From assembly GCA_034780895.1 (NCBI GenBank), contig JAUZTB010000107.1, positions 24,714,618 through 24,778,617 of the forward strand: a stretch of DNA of 64,000 nt. Reading direction: 5' to 3'. The first letter of the stretch is position 1. Each line of letters begins with the position of its first letter. Origin of the DNA: Rhynchobatus australiae (Eukaryota). Made by a program: the position numbers and the translations under genes. Shown here one piece after another: positions 24,818-37,040 of this stretch. The notes below the pieces were generated by a model. That model saw only the letters and a list, made by a program, of their open reading frames with translations, had not been told where the DNA came from and made no database searches.

Positions 24818-25047
24818 AGAAGCTGGAATCTGGAACAACAGCCATTCTGCAAGTAGAATTCAGCAGGTCGAGCAGCTTCGCTGGGGGTGGGAAGGGGTTG
24901 AAGGAATTGCCGATATTTTAGGTTGAAACCCTGCATCAGGACACTGAACGATAGAGGATTTCAACCCAAATGTCAACATTTCCTTTCCCCCCCACACAGA
25001 TGCTGGTCAACTAGCTGAGTTCCTCCAGCAGATTATTTATAGCTCAG
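24818..25047. repeat. Inverted pair of Penelope-LTR-like arms with decayed hammerhead cores
   Basis: Left arm reverse complement gtcCTGATGCagggtttcaacctAAAAtaTC; right arm ...gatttcaacccaaatgtcaac...gatgctggtcaactagctgagttcctccagca. Confidence 0.65.
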
Positions 25048-25134
25048 TTTTAAATGACTGGCCCCCCAATTAACACAATTTTTCCACTATTTCCTACATG
25101 AACAGTGACTACCAGTGACAACATTGCTTAATTG

Positions 25135-25675
25135 GCTGCAAAATACTAGAGGGCACAGTTTTAAGGTGAGAGGGGACAAGTTTAAAGGAGATTTATATGG
25201 CAAGTTTTTTTTATATACAGAGAGTGATAGTTGCCTGGAATGTGCTGCCAGAGGAAGATAGTGATAGACTTTGTAGACAGGCTGATGGAAAGGACACCAA
25301 ATTAACCTTAACACAGAGCGTGTGAAGAGTGGTGGGAGGAGGGAAGAATGAGGAATCTAGACAAATTGAATAAAGAGAATAAATGTCACTGGTGGATGCA
25401 TCAGGAAGGTGAGGATACAGTTGCAAGGTGACTGGTACAGAGTCAAGGGAGACATGAGGACTTTCTTTTTATATAGCTGTTGCTGCAATTGGAAATAAAC
25501 TGCTAGATAGATTGGTGGAACCAGAGCCAAAGAGGAATTGGTAAGTAATTGAAGGAAAACAATTCACAGGGCAATGGGAAAAGTACACGATGAGCTGGAT
25601 TGCTCTTTCAAAAAAGCAGACATGAGCTTGAGCAGCCAAGTACCCTGTATCTGTGCTGTAATGATTCTACCATGA
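25135..25675 (+). mobile_element. CR1 3' end fragments
   Basis: actagagggcacagttttaaggtgagaggggacaagtttaaaggagat and a CR1-type 3' UTR. Confidence 0.7.
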
Positions 25676-27227
25676 ATCGATTTTTCAGTCCATGAAGTTG
25701 ATTTATTTGAGAAAAAGGGTAAGTGATAAGAGCAACCCACGCGGGAGAAAATATCACATATCCCAGCAAGTTTTGGCAAGTAATTAGAATATAGTAAATC
25801 CATTTATTCAGCCTCATTGAAATTGATGTGAAACTCAGCAGTAACTGCACTTTACCGAGTCTCCAGCAATGCCTCAGCTGGTTAAGGAAGTTGGTCATCC
25901 AGGTACAAACATTTGGACCTTACCTAGTTTGTGTAACTTCAAGCAGGATAGCATGGGCGCACCCATTGCCTTCTGTATTAAGAAACACAAATAAATAAAC
26001 AGAGCTTCTCACCATCACCAACAACTTTGATAGGGATGGGTGTAAATTTTGATGAGGACTAACTTGGCATTAGCTGTGATTTCCCCTTATATTCAAAAAG
26101 CCCTCTGCCAGAATTGGACAGGAAGATCCGCTACAGTGTGCAGCACTCACATCACTGTGTCACAACAAAGAAAGGCAGAAAGTTGTACTTAGTGGTACAG
26201 GCTAAATGCTTGATATGGTAGCTTGTACACTTCAAGGACGGCTTGTGAAAATTGTTTCTATTTGAAGTCAACGGAATTNNNNNNNNNNNNNNNNNNNNNN
26301 NNNNNNNNNNNNNNNNNNNNNNNNNNNNNNNNNNNNNNNNNNNNNNNNNNNNNNNNNNNNNNNNNNNNNNNNNNNNNNNNNNNNNNNNNNNNNNNNNNNN
26401 NNNNNNNNNNNNNNNNNNNNNNNNNNNNNNNNNNNNNNNNNNNNNNNNNNNNNNNNNNNNNNNNNNNNNNNNNNNNNNNNNNNNNNNNNNNNNNNNNNNN
26501 NNNNNNNNNNNCACTCTAAAGGTGGACTCATCATGAGGTCCAGCATGGAAGCACATTTGTGGGAATTCTCCACTGTTTACACTGGGGAATCTTGTCAAAC
26601 AACCTGAACCGAATTAGAACTGCCACAGATACAACTTCTCTACTGATTTCAATGTGAGGGTCTGAGGTAAGATGTTTCAGAATTTTTATTATTTGTGGTC
26701 ATTTAAATGTTTGTTCTCTGTGCTTTTGATTTTTTAAAAATATTTTTTAAGAGTTTCATTAGTTTCTAACAGTTTTATTAATTTTGGAAGGTTTGTGAGA
26801 CATATTCGGAAACATTCCATCTTTTGTGGTTTTGACGGGATGTGGCTTAACCAGCTGTCAAAGCTTTCCCAGTAGTTTTCCAAGTGGAGCAGCTTCTCAT
26901 GATGGAATTTGCATTGCAAAACATCCTGTCACCTTCCCAGCTGTGGCTGCACAGTCAGAATGGCATCTCTCTGCAAGTTCCTACGGGGGAACAGTATGAG
27001 GTAAGTGCAACCATTGTTTGTAGGTATGTGACTGGAGTGATGGGTCACTGCTGACTGCAAATTCTTGGCCCATACTTTTGGCTATATTTCCAACTGAGAC
27101 ACAAACAGAACTGACATAAAGCTGAAATGACATTTTATAAAATGTCAACCGTACACAAGTTGCAATAAGAAGCTGGTTCAAGTGTATTTTAATCTTCTTT
27201 GACGAAGGTCATTTTGACAGACGTTAC

Positions 27228-27347
27228 CTGTCCAAATTGATGAAGATAATTTGCTACACAAGCAAGCCTGTTGTAGTCTTCTCGCCAGCCCTGACAGTCC
27301 AGTAATCGATCAGCAAAAACCCCGTGACGACCAAAAGTGAAAGAGCA
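27228..27347 (-). CDS. KCNMB-like gene exon (CSFTFGRHGVFADRLLDCQGWREDYNRLACVANYLHQFGQ)
   Basis: Acceptor tcattcctttag, donor CAG|gtaacg, 120 nt, phase 0-0, only open frame; opens with CSF like KCNMB CSY; CpGs retained. Confidence 0.85.
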
Positions 27348-28079
27348 CTAAAGGAATGAGATTGGTCATTGCAGATCTGAGTTATACTATTATACCTACA
27401 TTGCCATTTGTATACTGTTCCATTTTACAGTTCCTTTTCAATAATTCTTTCTAAAAATGCTATTGGTATACTGGAGAGCAGATTCTAGGTACACACCTTT
27501 TACAATTAGCTTTACTCTTTTAACACTTGGAGAACTGTTTTCCTCCAATTTGAGACTTGTGGCCTCTCCCTCCCACCGCTGATTTCAGACCTGTGCTGCT
27601 TCACCCTCTCCCCATCGTCCATCATCTCCCACCCTGCCACCTCTAGACTGTGGCCCCTTTCCCCTCTGGCCAATCTTAGGCTGCAGCCAGCAACACTGCC
27701 CCATCCACCACCACCAACCTTAGTCGCAATGCCCGCTGCCTGGCACCGTGCCCGAGATCTATTTAAACCCCAACACACTTCACACTTCCCAGCTCTTTAA
27801 CATTGTCTCCAAAAATAGAACCATGTCTCCAACATTATGCTGCCAACATTGTTTAAGAAATGTTAAACTCTTCTCCAATCTGCTCTTCCCAGCATTGTGT
27901 CTGCATTAACCTTAGAACTGCATTTCTTATTTCAAACAGCCTTGCTCCTTGCCATTCTCCATACTGTGGAAGGGGCAATTAGCTTAACAATGTTTCCATT
28001 GTGAAACGGTACATCCTCTGTAACCGTAAATCTTTCACCAGCAATAAATCCTCCATTTGAAACCAATTCTTCTGCCCTT

Positions 28080-28281
28080 TGGATTGGCTAGGACTGTTTT
28101 CTTTTGAGAAGAGAAGGCTGAAGGAAGATCTAATAATAAGTACATAAAATGATGAGGGGTCTCAACACAATGGGTAGTGGGAGGCTATTCCCATTGTGGA
28201 AGGATAGAGAACTGCAAGTCACAGGTATAAAATAAAGGGGAAGAGGATTAATCGTGGCACAAGGAAAAACGTTTAAAGGCA
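28080..28281 (+). mobile_element. CR1 ORF2 C-terminal fragment
   Basis: ggactgttttcttttgagaagagaaggctgaaggaagatctaata (LFS.EKRRL.EDL). Confidence 0.7.
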
Positions 28282-29199
28282 NNNNNNNNNNNNNNNNNNN
28301 NNNNNNNNNNNNNNNNNNNNNNNNNNNNNNNNNNNNNNNNNNNNNNNNNNNNNNNNNNNNNNNNNNNNNNNNNNNNNNNNNCGAACACATGAGGAAAGTG
28401 CAATAAATGCTGCTTATCATCTTAACTGCAGTGTATTTGATGCTTTTACGGAATTCTCTGTTCTACTTGTGCTTAACAAATATCCAAGCAGCTCTTGTTT
28501 CAAGCAAATGGCCTCATTATCAGCTGGAAGCAAAAAGCGTGCGGTTAATGAAGCTGTAAATTTTCCTCCGTGTTTCCACAGGACTGTCTGAAGTGGATTA
28601 GTTGGACGGGGCCACAGGGTAACAGAGGAACAGGCCGCCAAACTAATATCACTCCATCAACAGAAATATCGTATCTCTAAGAAATCCAGCATTTGTATTT
28701 ATTTAGGCAAAAAACATCCTTACTCATCAATTTCTGCCTTCATCTGGTGGAGTTTAAGTGATTAAGTAGGGATTTGTACATGTAACAAGTTAAACTGTGA
28801 AGCACAATGAATATAACTTCTTAAATTAACATATTTCTCCAACTTTGTGCATTGCCCCTTCCAAAATATTCTGACATTGACTCCTCCCTCAACAATTGCA
28901 CCCTCAGTCCCACTGTTCTTGCAACCAATTATCCCAGCTTCTATCCTCTAATTAGTCTTTGGTGGTGATGTCACTGCCCGATTTCTGTCAATTTTCTCTG
29001 TAATTCCAAGCTTGAATATATCCACAAATAAATGACCACGGATCTGAAGCGGTAACTCTGTTTCTCTCTCCACAGAGGCTAGCTGAGCATTTCTGGCAGT
29101 TTCTGCTTGATTTCCCATTTTTTGCACCCTTTTGCTTTTACATTTATCCAATCTGTTTTCCTCTCATTGCATTGAAATGGCCCTCACCAAAGTCACTCA

Positions 29200-29600
29200 T
29201 GGCACGCACATATCAGTAATAAAATGTCCTTCCCCGTGACCTTCCTGCATCCTGCTCTGATCATTCTGCAGCTCGGTGAGATGGACTTTATTCCATTCAA
29301 TCCCAGTCCAGCACTCTTACATCAGGAACCAGAGATTCAGCTTTGCCTGCTCCTCTTCTTCACCTCGATTCTGTGCATTGGTACAGCATCAGACAAGATT
29401 GGGTGTGGCTACTAATGATATCCTGCACATCCTCTCCTGGTCCATGGATGAGCTGCAGTATCTGTCACCCAGTCACTGGGAATCAGAATCTATTGTCTCT
29501 GGCTCCAAAATCTCAGCAAGCAGCTGACTTATTCATCCTCCTCAAATATTACCTCAGATTTTTGTTGCCCCATTTGACGCTCAGCTGAACTTCTAAATCC
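29200..29600 (+). mobile_element. Possible Penelope GIY-YIG remnant
   Basis: HSYIRNQRFSFACSSS...QTRLG weakly resembles QSFQVRQRFTCTSS...ETKRRLG. Confidence 0.35.
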
Positions 29601-31160
29601 ATACCGTTATTGTCATGGAGAGAGCCTGCTTCTTGTTGTAACATAGTATGCCTCTGCCTTGCCCCAATCCAATGTTCATCTTTCTGTCATGGTTCCGAGT
29701 GCTGGCCCTCAATTTGGCTCCATTGATGGTGCCTCGTTGTGCAGCACATGGATTCCATGCGCTACTAATCGCATAACAACCCACACCTGAGCCCATTCAG
29801 GGGACTAGCATAAGAACCCTGGTTTCACTAGCACTAGTTGCCAGAGTATTGGTCAACCTTTGGGTATACTTTGTCTCCTGGCTGCTTAGAGTTGGCAACT
29901 CTGGAGCAGTCCCGGCTTCACTGTTCCTCTTAGGATATCCAGTTTTCGTGTTGGGACCCCACCTCAGAGCCCCGAGGCAAGATTCCTTCCGGATGCCGCC
30001 TGCGTTTGGTTCTGAGGAAGCATCCTGACTCCAGTCTCATACCAGTGTGCCGCATTTGGGTTCTCTGCAAGCTCGCTCTTCGCTCGACATTGTGACACTT
30101 ACTAGAAAACTAGAATTTAATATTTTTCCATCAATTTTCAGTGCATCTAGGACCCCAAGTCATTTTCTCTCTGCCCAACTTCAAACCTTAGTACAGAACT
30201 CAGCCACAGGAAATACTGCTTTTCCTCAGGACTAGTCGGGCTGATATTGAACCTATCCATTCCCCTCTCACCCATTACTGGGCCTGGTTTGGCACCACAT
30301 ATGGCCTTCGCCTCGACAATTAATTTTGTATCCACTTTAAAAATGGTCAAGCCACATCATTCCAGAAAATGATCTTTGACCTTTAACCCTTGACTTCAAT
30401 GACTCCATCCTCATTTACCTGGACTCTCATTTCCTCTGTGTCTGTATTTGCTTGGCCAGTAACAAGGTTGTAAACAATGTGAATACTGTGCTGGAGCTAA
30501 AAGTGTTTATGTACCATATGAGTACAGCTTGATTCTTTTAACTGTCTGAGCAAAACAAGTCTTTGTCTCAGAAACATTAAAGGTATTTCCACATTTTCTA
30601 ACTTTCTGTTTAGACAGATCTAAGTACATAACATAATAAGGGAGACTTGTATTTAAAACAATAATTCTAAAGATTTATTAGTTATTAGTCATTTACACAT
30701 TTTAGTAAACTAAATGCTAACCTTTAAACAGTTGTTCAAATTCAGCACAAGAACCATTTGTAGGATCACACTGAGGATGAAACATTTTATTCTGAGATAT
30801 ATTGCTATGTAACTCTATGAATGTGGATTTTTTTGTTCTGATTTGAGATTGGTAATTGAAGTCAGGTTTTGTATCCTGCTGTGCACCAGCCCTCTGAACC
30901 AGTCGCCTTGTGGTTTCATTCTTTGCCCCAGGCATAAACTTCCAGTGACACAAGGGACTTTGTGTGGCTAATAGTCTGTAAACTTGCTGACTCTGGAATT
31001 TGGGATGGAGTTAATATTGGACTAGTCTACAGTTGGGAGACATTTTCCACCATACCACTGACAGAACTTCAAACTGCCAAGAATTTAGGTGCTTCTATTT
31101 TCATTTAGTTTTTGTATTCCTTTCAGCACTGCTGTGAAGATTTTTTTTTGTTCTTCTTAC

Positions 31161-31241
31161 CTGCTGGCAATTCACCAAAGCTTGTTCATTCTCCATTATC
31201 ACAGCCTTGCCCCTAGAACCACCAGACAGCTGAACATTAAC
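31161..31241 (-). CDS. KCNMB-like gene exon (VNVQLSGGSRGKAVIMENEQALVNCQQ)
   Basis: Acceptor tttcctgtcaccag, donor CAG|gtaaga, 81 nt, phase 0-0; aligns with recalled KCNMB VYVNLTSSGEKLLLYHTEE..NQK. Confidence 0.85.
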
Positions 31242-31659
31242 CTGGTGACAGGAAAGAGCTTTCAGTTAAATAGGAAAAAGATAACTTCCAGAATCTTTCC
31301 TTTCTATATTTTCCAGAAATGCAGTTGTGTTCTTGTTGATTTGATTCGAACAGTAAACTATTTAGTCATCGGTGTGCCCCTTCTTCTAAAACACACCACT
31401 TAAACTGTATGATTTTACTTAATTAGCTTAAATTCTTTAGTCAATGATAGGAGCTATTTTATCTCCCCAAATTAGTTAGCTTTGAGTAATGGCATTTAAA
31501 TTACTTCAAACAATGCACTGACAGGCTTCCTGCTGACCAACTATTTCATTTTGTTTTACAGAGAAGAATTCAGGCAGTGGGATCACATTCTCTCTTGTCT
31601 GAATAAAGTTATTACTTTCATTAACAGGATTTGCTATTTGGTCCCTTGTGGCTGTTCCA

Positions 31660-32890
31660 CTGTTTACAAAGATCATGGCTGAACTTTTGCCTCAGCGCCA
31701 CTTTGCTGCACTAACCCTGTATCCTTTGGTACACCTAATATCTAAAAATCTACCAGTGTCTGTCTTGAGTCACCACAGCTGCCTTGGGCAGAGAATTCTA
31801 TAGATTCACTATCTTGATGAACAAGTTTCTTCTCTTTGCAGTCCTTTTGCTGTGACCCCTGGTTCCAGACATCCCACCTGGGAGATCATCAACTGCACAT
31901 CTACCCAGAGAAGCCCCATAAGAACTTTGTGTGTTTCATTGAGATCACCTCGAGAGAGCAGAGGCACAATCTACTTGCAGGATAGACCCACCATCCCACA
32001 AAGCAATCTTTGTTTCATTCCATTCATGCCAGTACGGAGACCAGAACTGTAGCCAATATTCCAGCAGCTGCCTCACCAGATCCCTATGTAGTTGGAGCAA
32101 GATGTCTCTGCCCTTATATTTAAAATCTCTTGCAATGAAGGCCAACATACAATCTGGATTTCCAACAGTTTGCTGCACCTGCTTGTTAACTTGCAGTGAT
32201 TTGTGTACAAGGATAGTTGGGTCCCTCTAAACACAAAAACCTTTCAATCGAAGGCCCGAATGGCCTAATTCTGCTCCTATGTCTTATAGTCTAATCCCTG
32301 ACCATTTAAAAAGATCCTCCGGCTATCAATTTTCCTACCAAAATCGATGACCTCGCTTTTTCCAAGTTATAATTTTTCTGTCACCTGTCAGTATCCCCTT
32401 GAAACACCCTTGTATCTGTCTCACAGCCCAAGCTGCCACCTAGCCTTGTATCATCAGCAAACTTGGATATAGAATACTTGATCCCCACATAAAGTCTCTG
32501 ATGTAGATTGTAAACAGCTGGGGCATCAGCACCAATCCTGGTGGCACCCTGCCAGTCATGGTCTCCCAATCCAAAATATGCTTTTTATTCCTACTCTGAT
32601 TTCTGTCTGTTGACCAATACTCAATACATGCCAGTATATTAGCCCAGAAAATGTGTGCTCTAATTTTATTTAATAATCTGGTACAGCACCTTAAAATGTT
32701 CTGAGGGTCAACTGGTTCACTCTCATCTATTCAGATAGTTACAGTCTCAAAAAATTCCAGCAGATTTTCAAACATGATTCCCCTTTCATAAATCTGTGTT
32801 GACTTTGCTTGATCCTATTATTATTTTTCAAGTGTTTGTTACCACTTTCCTGATAGGTTCCAATGTTTTCCATGCAATTAATGTCAGAAC
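31660..32890 (-). mobile_element. CR1 LINE RT and 3' end
   Basis: SISKFADDTRLGG and LLQLHRDLVRQLLEYWLQFWSPY. Confidence 0.88.
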
Positions 32891-32964
32891 CTGTGCTCCA
32901 ATGCTGTTAAGCATTAATTGAGCAGAATGTATACACTCTTCATATATGTCAGTACTTTTACTGT

Positions 32965-33685
32965 CATATAGAACATATGGCATGAAAATGGAACATTGTG
33001 CTTAAGCAGTCCATGCCAATGTTTATACTTGAGCTTGTACCCATTTTCCTCATCAAAAGCTATCCCATCTCCTTCGTGCATGTCCAAACTCCCCTTCAAC
33101 ATATGTTTACTTCAGCCACTCCCTGTGGTAGTGAATTCCACATTCTCACCACTCTCTGGGTAAAGATGTTTCTTTTGAATTCCTTCTTGAATTTCCTGGT
33201 GGCTATTGGAAAATCACGGCCCCTAGTTGTGCTCTTCTTCACAGTGGGCATATTCTCTCTGCACCATTTCTATTAGGTCACCCTCTCGGTCTTCTTTTCT
33301 CAAAAGTTGACGCAGTCTGTTCATGCTTTCTTAATATGTATGCCCTTGCATTTCTGGTGTTATCCCTATAAGACTCTGCACCATCAGTAATGCATCTCTA
33401 TCCTTATTATATTATGGCTATCAGAACTCTTATGCATTACTGTGTGGTTTAACCAACATTTGATACAAGCTTAGCATAACTTCCCTACTTCTCAACCTTG
33501 TTCCTCTGAAATAAACCCCAGAGCTCGAATGCACTTTTGTTTTCATGACCTTCCTAACCTGTGGAGTAACTTTTAGTGGAAAGGTGTATTTGTATATTGA
33601 GATCCCTTTGTTACATTACCCTAACCAGAGTTGCACCTTCCAAGTAATATGTGCCCTCTCTATTCATCTTAGCAAAATGTACTAT
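32965..33685 (-). mobile_element. Older CR1 3' fragment
   Basis: ccctgtggtagtgaattccacattctcaccactctctgggtaaag is the reverse complement of the CR1 FTQRVV..WN region. Confidence 0.7.
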
Positions 33686-33814
33686 TTTTGAGCTGCTTTA
33701 TATATCAGTAAGAATAAGCCAGCAAGGTTAAAAAGCAACATTAAATATCTGAGTATGAATATTCAAATTTGGGTCTACATAAAGTGAGTTTCAATTTGGA
33801 CTTGCTCTTCTTAC

Positions 33815-33915
33815 CTTGATCTGAACGCAAGGAGAAAATATGTCTCCGTCAGAGCTGCAGCTGCCTTGGGGCTCCCTCCCGATTTCAAGCACAGTACAGT
33901 TTCCAGCAGTGAAAT
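33815..33915 (-). CDS. KCNMB-like gene exon (DFTAGNCTVLEIGREPQGSCSSDGDIFSPCVQIK)
   Basis: Acceptor catcagttttag, donor AAG|gtaaga, 101 nt, phase 1 to 0; NCTVL and PCVQI match KCNMB .CTLL and YPCLQV. Confidence 0.88.
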
Positions 33916-35076
33916 CTAAAACTGATGTTGAGAATAAAAAAATCTGTTAAACCAAAGTTCGTAGATATGTTTTTTATGTCACAAGATATTCTTTTTAGCA
34001 GAAAGATGACATGTTAAGTATTGGGGCAAATCTTCCGTGACAGATTTGCAGGCAGATTGGCCCAGGACTGGGCAATTCCTGAGTGGAGGCTACAGCACAT
34101 CCTTCTGTCTAACAGGTACCGGCTGCAGGACTCGTGCACTCTCTGCAGCCCAACAGAGCAATGCAGATTTCCGCAGATTTCCACAGATTTCCCAGCTCTC
34201 AGGCTAGCAGCTCTGCCCTTTCCTCTCTTGAGCACCTCCAGTGCCCTAGCCCATCATGAACCCCTTCCACATTCAACCTCTGAAATGGCCACTCCTCATC
34301 CTTAGAGACCAAGCCTCCATTTCAACACTGCTTGTCCTTTCAATCTGACTTCCCTTAAGTGGAATGTTAAACAAGCAGATCTGGAACACTGCTGATATAG
34401 TCATCCCCCTGTCATCATTAAATCAGGTTGGATTCATTTTAAGCACGAATGGGGCATTTACTTTATCAGAACTCTCACTCCAGAGTCACTCTTGAATCAG
34501 GGATAATGATGGCTTCCTTGCTTCATTACCATCCATCTCCTAGACTTTTCTCCCAGTGAGCCATGTGCCATCCAGCATCCCTTCCTACCTTGTGCCAGCT
34601 GATATTATAAATAGCTCTCCTTCTCAAGTACTGTGCTAATTCCTCTAATTATGTGCTTTTACAAAGTTGCCGCAACCTCACTGCCTTTGCCATACTTTTG
34701 CTTCAGCTTCCTCAGTACCGAAACCCCCTTCCTAAAGTTCTGCATCTCTATCATTTAAGATCCTCGCTTAAAGTTAGCTCTGACCAATTTTTAACCACCC
34801 TTCTAAATTTTCATTTTTTGCTGACTTTTGTCTGGCTATGCTTTTGTAATGCATACTAAGAAATATTATATTGCATCTTTGGTATGGGAAAAATAAGTTT
34901 CTGTGAGAAAAGGAAAAATGAAATCCAAAAGTGGTTTTACAATTACCAAAACAATCAGGTTTTACCTCCCCTGAAATCCTCATTTTAAAACAATCCTTTA
35001 TGAATTTCTACTCCCTATTTAAATACGTGTGCTATCAGACTTTCATTTTTAGTTATATAAATGTCTGTAGTCTTAC

Positions 35077-35341
35077 CTTTGTGAAATGGTTTCAATATAT
35101 AAATACCAAATAGAACTAAAAGTAACAGAAGCATCAGAATCACAGGAGCAAGGAAAATGAGTGGGCATTTTAGTTTGTCAGCAATTTCTTCACGTCTGAG
35201 ATCCTCAGCAGATATGATTCTTCTCCTCTGTGCCCTCCGCTCCGCTTTCTCAGTTCTGGATCGTCCAGAAACTGTAGATGGCTTCGTGGTTGTGCTTCCC
35301 TCCTCTCCATTACTGTTGCCTGGGCAAATTGAGCTAGGAAA
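35077..35341 (-). CDS. KCNMB-like gene, N-terminal and TM1 exon (...RREEIADKLKCPLIFLAPVILMLLLLLVLFGIYILKPFHK)
   Basis: Open frame with a strong TM helix ending GIYILKPF (cf. KCNMB LG.T.L.P); donor AAAG|gtaaga, phase 1; exact acceptor uncertain (several AGs at 35320-35344). Confidence 0.82.
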
Positions 35342-37040
35342 CTGCAAGCTAGTGACAAACATTGTGAGAGTAACTTGAAATTATTAATGGTACTTTATTT
35401 GAAAATGGTTTCTGGAAAGTTAAAGGAACTGTTTGTAAACAGTCTTTAGTCAAAACCTGATGTCTTAGTCAAGTGAAGGTTGTTCATATGATTTCCTCTA
35501 TCATGCTTGTGGCATCTTCAAATTGCCACAAACAATTGAAAGAGNNNNNNNNNNNNNNNNNNNNNNNNNNNNNNNNNNNNNNNNNNNNNNNNNNNNNNNN
35601 NNNNNNNNNNNNNNNNNNNNNNNNNNNNNNNNNNNNNNNNNNNNNNNNNNNNNNNNNNNNNNNNNNNNNNNNNNNNNNNNNNNNNNNNNNNNNNNNNNNN
35701 NNNNNNNNNNNNNNNNNNNNNNNNNNNNNNNNNNNNNNNNNNNNNNNNNNNNNNNNNNNNNNNNNNNNNNNNNNNNNNNNNNNNNNNNNNNNNNNNNNNN
35801 NNNNNNNNNNNNNNNNNNNNNNNNNNNNNNNNNNNNNNNNNNNNNNNNNNNNNNNNNNNNNNNNNNNNNNNNNNNNNNNNNNNNNNNNNNNNNNNNNNNN
35901 NNNNNNNNNNNNNNNNNNNNNNNNNNNNNNNNNNNNNNNNNNNNNNNNNNNNNNNNNNNNNNNNNNNNNNNNNNNNNNNNNNNNNNNNNNNNNNNNNNNN
36001 NNNNNNNNNNNNNNNNNNNNNNNNNNNNNNNNNNNNCTAACTCTGCTTCATTCTTTACCAATGCTATGAGACCTGTTGAATATTGTCAGCATTGTCCAAT
36101 GTTATATCAAATAATTTTATGACCATGAAAATTAATGATTACAAATGTGGAATCTATTTCATCTCATTTCACTTGTTGGAGATATTAAAATGTACAGTTT
36201 TACATTTATTCTTTTTCCCTTAATTCAATCTATTTTCACTCTTTTTCCTTCTCTCTTTGTACCTGGTTTGACTTTGAATTCACCATTCTAATCTTCACTT
36301 TCCTACCATTGCCTATGCTGCTTCATAGTCCTTTAGTCAGACTGGTTAAGGAAATGCATGTTTTTTGACTTGTTCATTCACGTCTGAGATACTAGGTTTC
36401 TCTTACTGGAATGTCATGAACAAATTGGCATGGAAAAAAATTAAAGACCTAAGCATACAAGGGCAAACCTAATTAATGTCAGAAATGGGTAGGTTCATAT
36501 CCACTGTAAATCATGGCCGTTATTCAAACACATGAGATGTGAACATGGATGCCTCTTATGTTGATCTAGTGACTCCATCATGTGCCTCAATAGACAGACT
36601 TCCTCTATAAAGAGCTTTACGCAAAAGGCAATTAGAACTGTTTTACCTGCAGCATGGAAAATATTAGCTTTTAATAAGGGATATTAAACCAACTTTTAAG
36701 ACAATAATGAATGGAACAAAATAGCCAAATGCAAATGAACTAGCTGAGGTAATTTTAGATTTGACAGGCACAGCAGCTGTTAAATGGAATTGGAAAAGTG
36801 ATATTCTTTTTCATCCCAAATCTTATATGCACATACAGATTGCTGTATACTACCTATCTGCACATCAAAACACTTTAGTAGATTGGGTAATTTTGTTATA
36901 CTTTTGATCCTCAAGGGGAAACATGATTGTAAGATGGTATATCTGCTGCTTATGCTATTTCTGTCATGGATGTGTTGAAAATACTAGACAGTGAGAATTA
37001 ATTACTTTTTAAACAATATTAATTATAAGAACACAATTAC

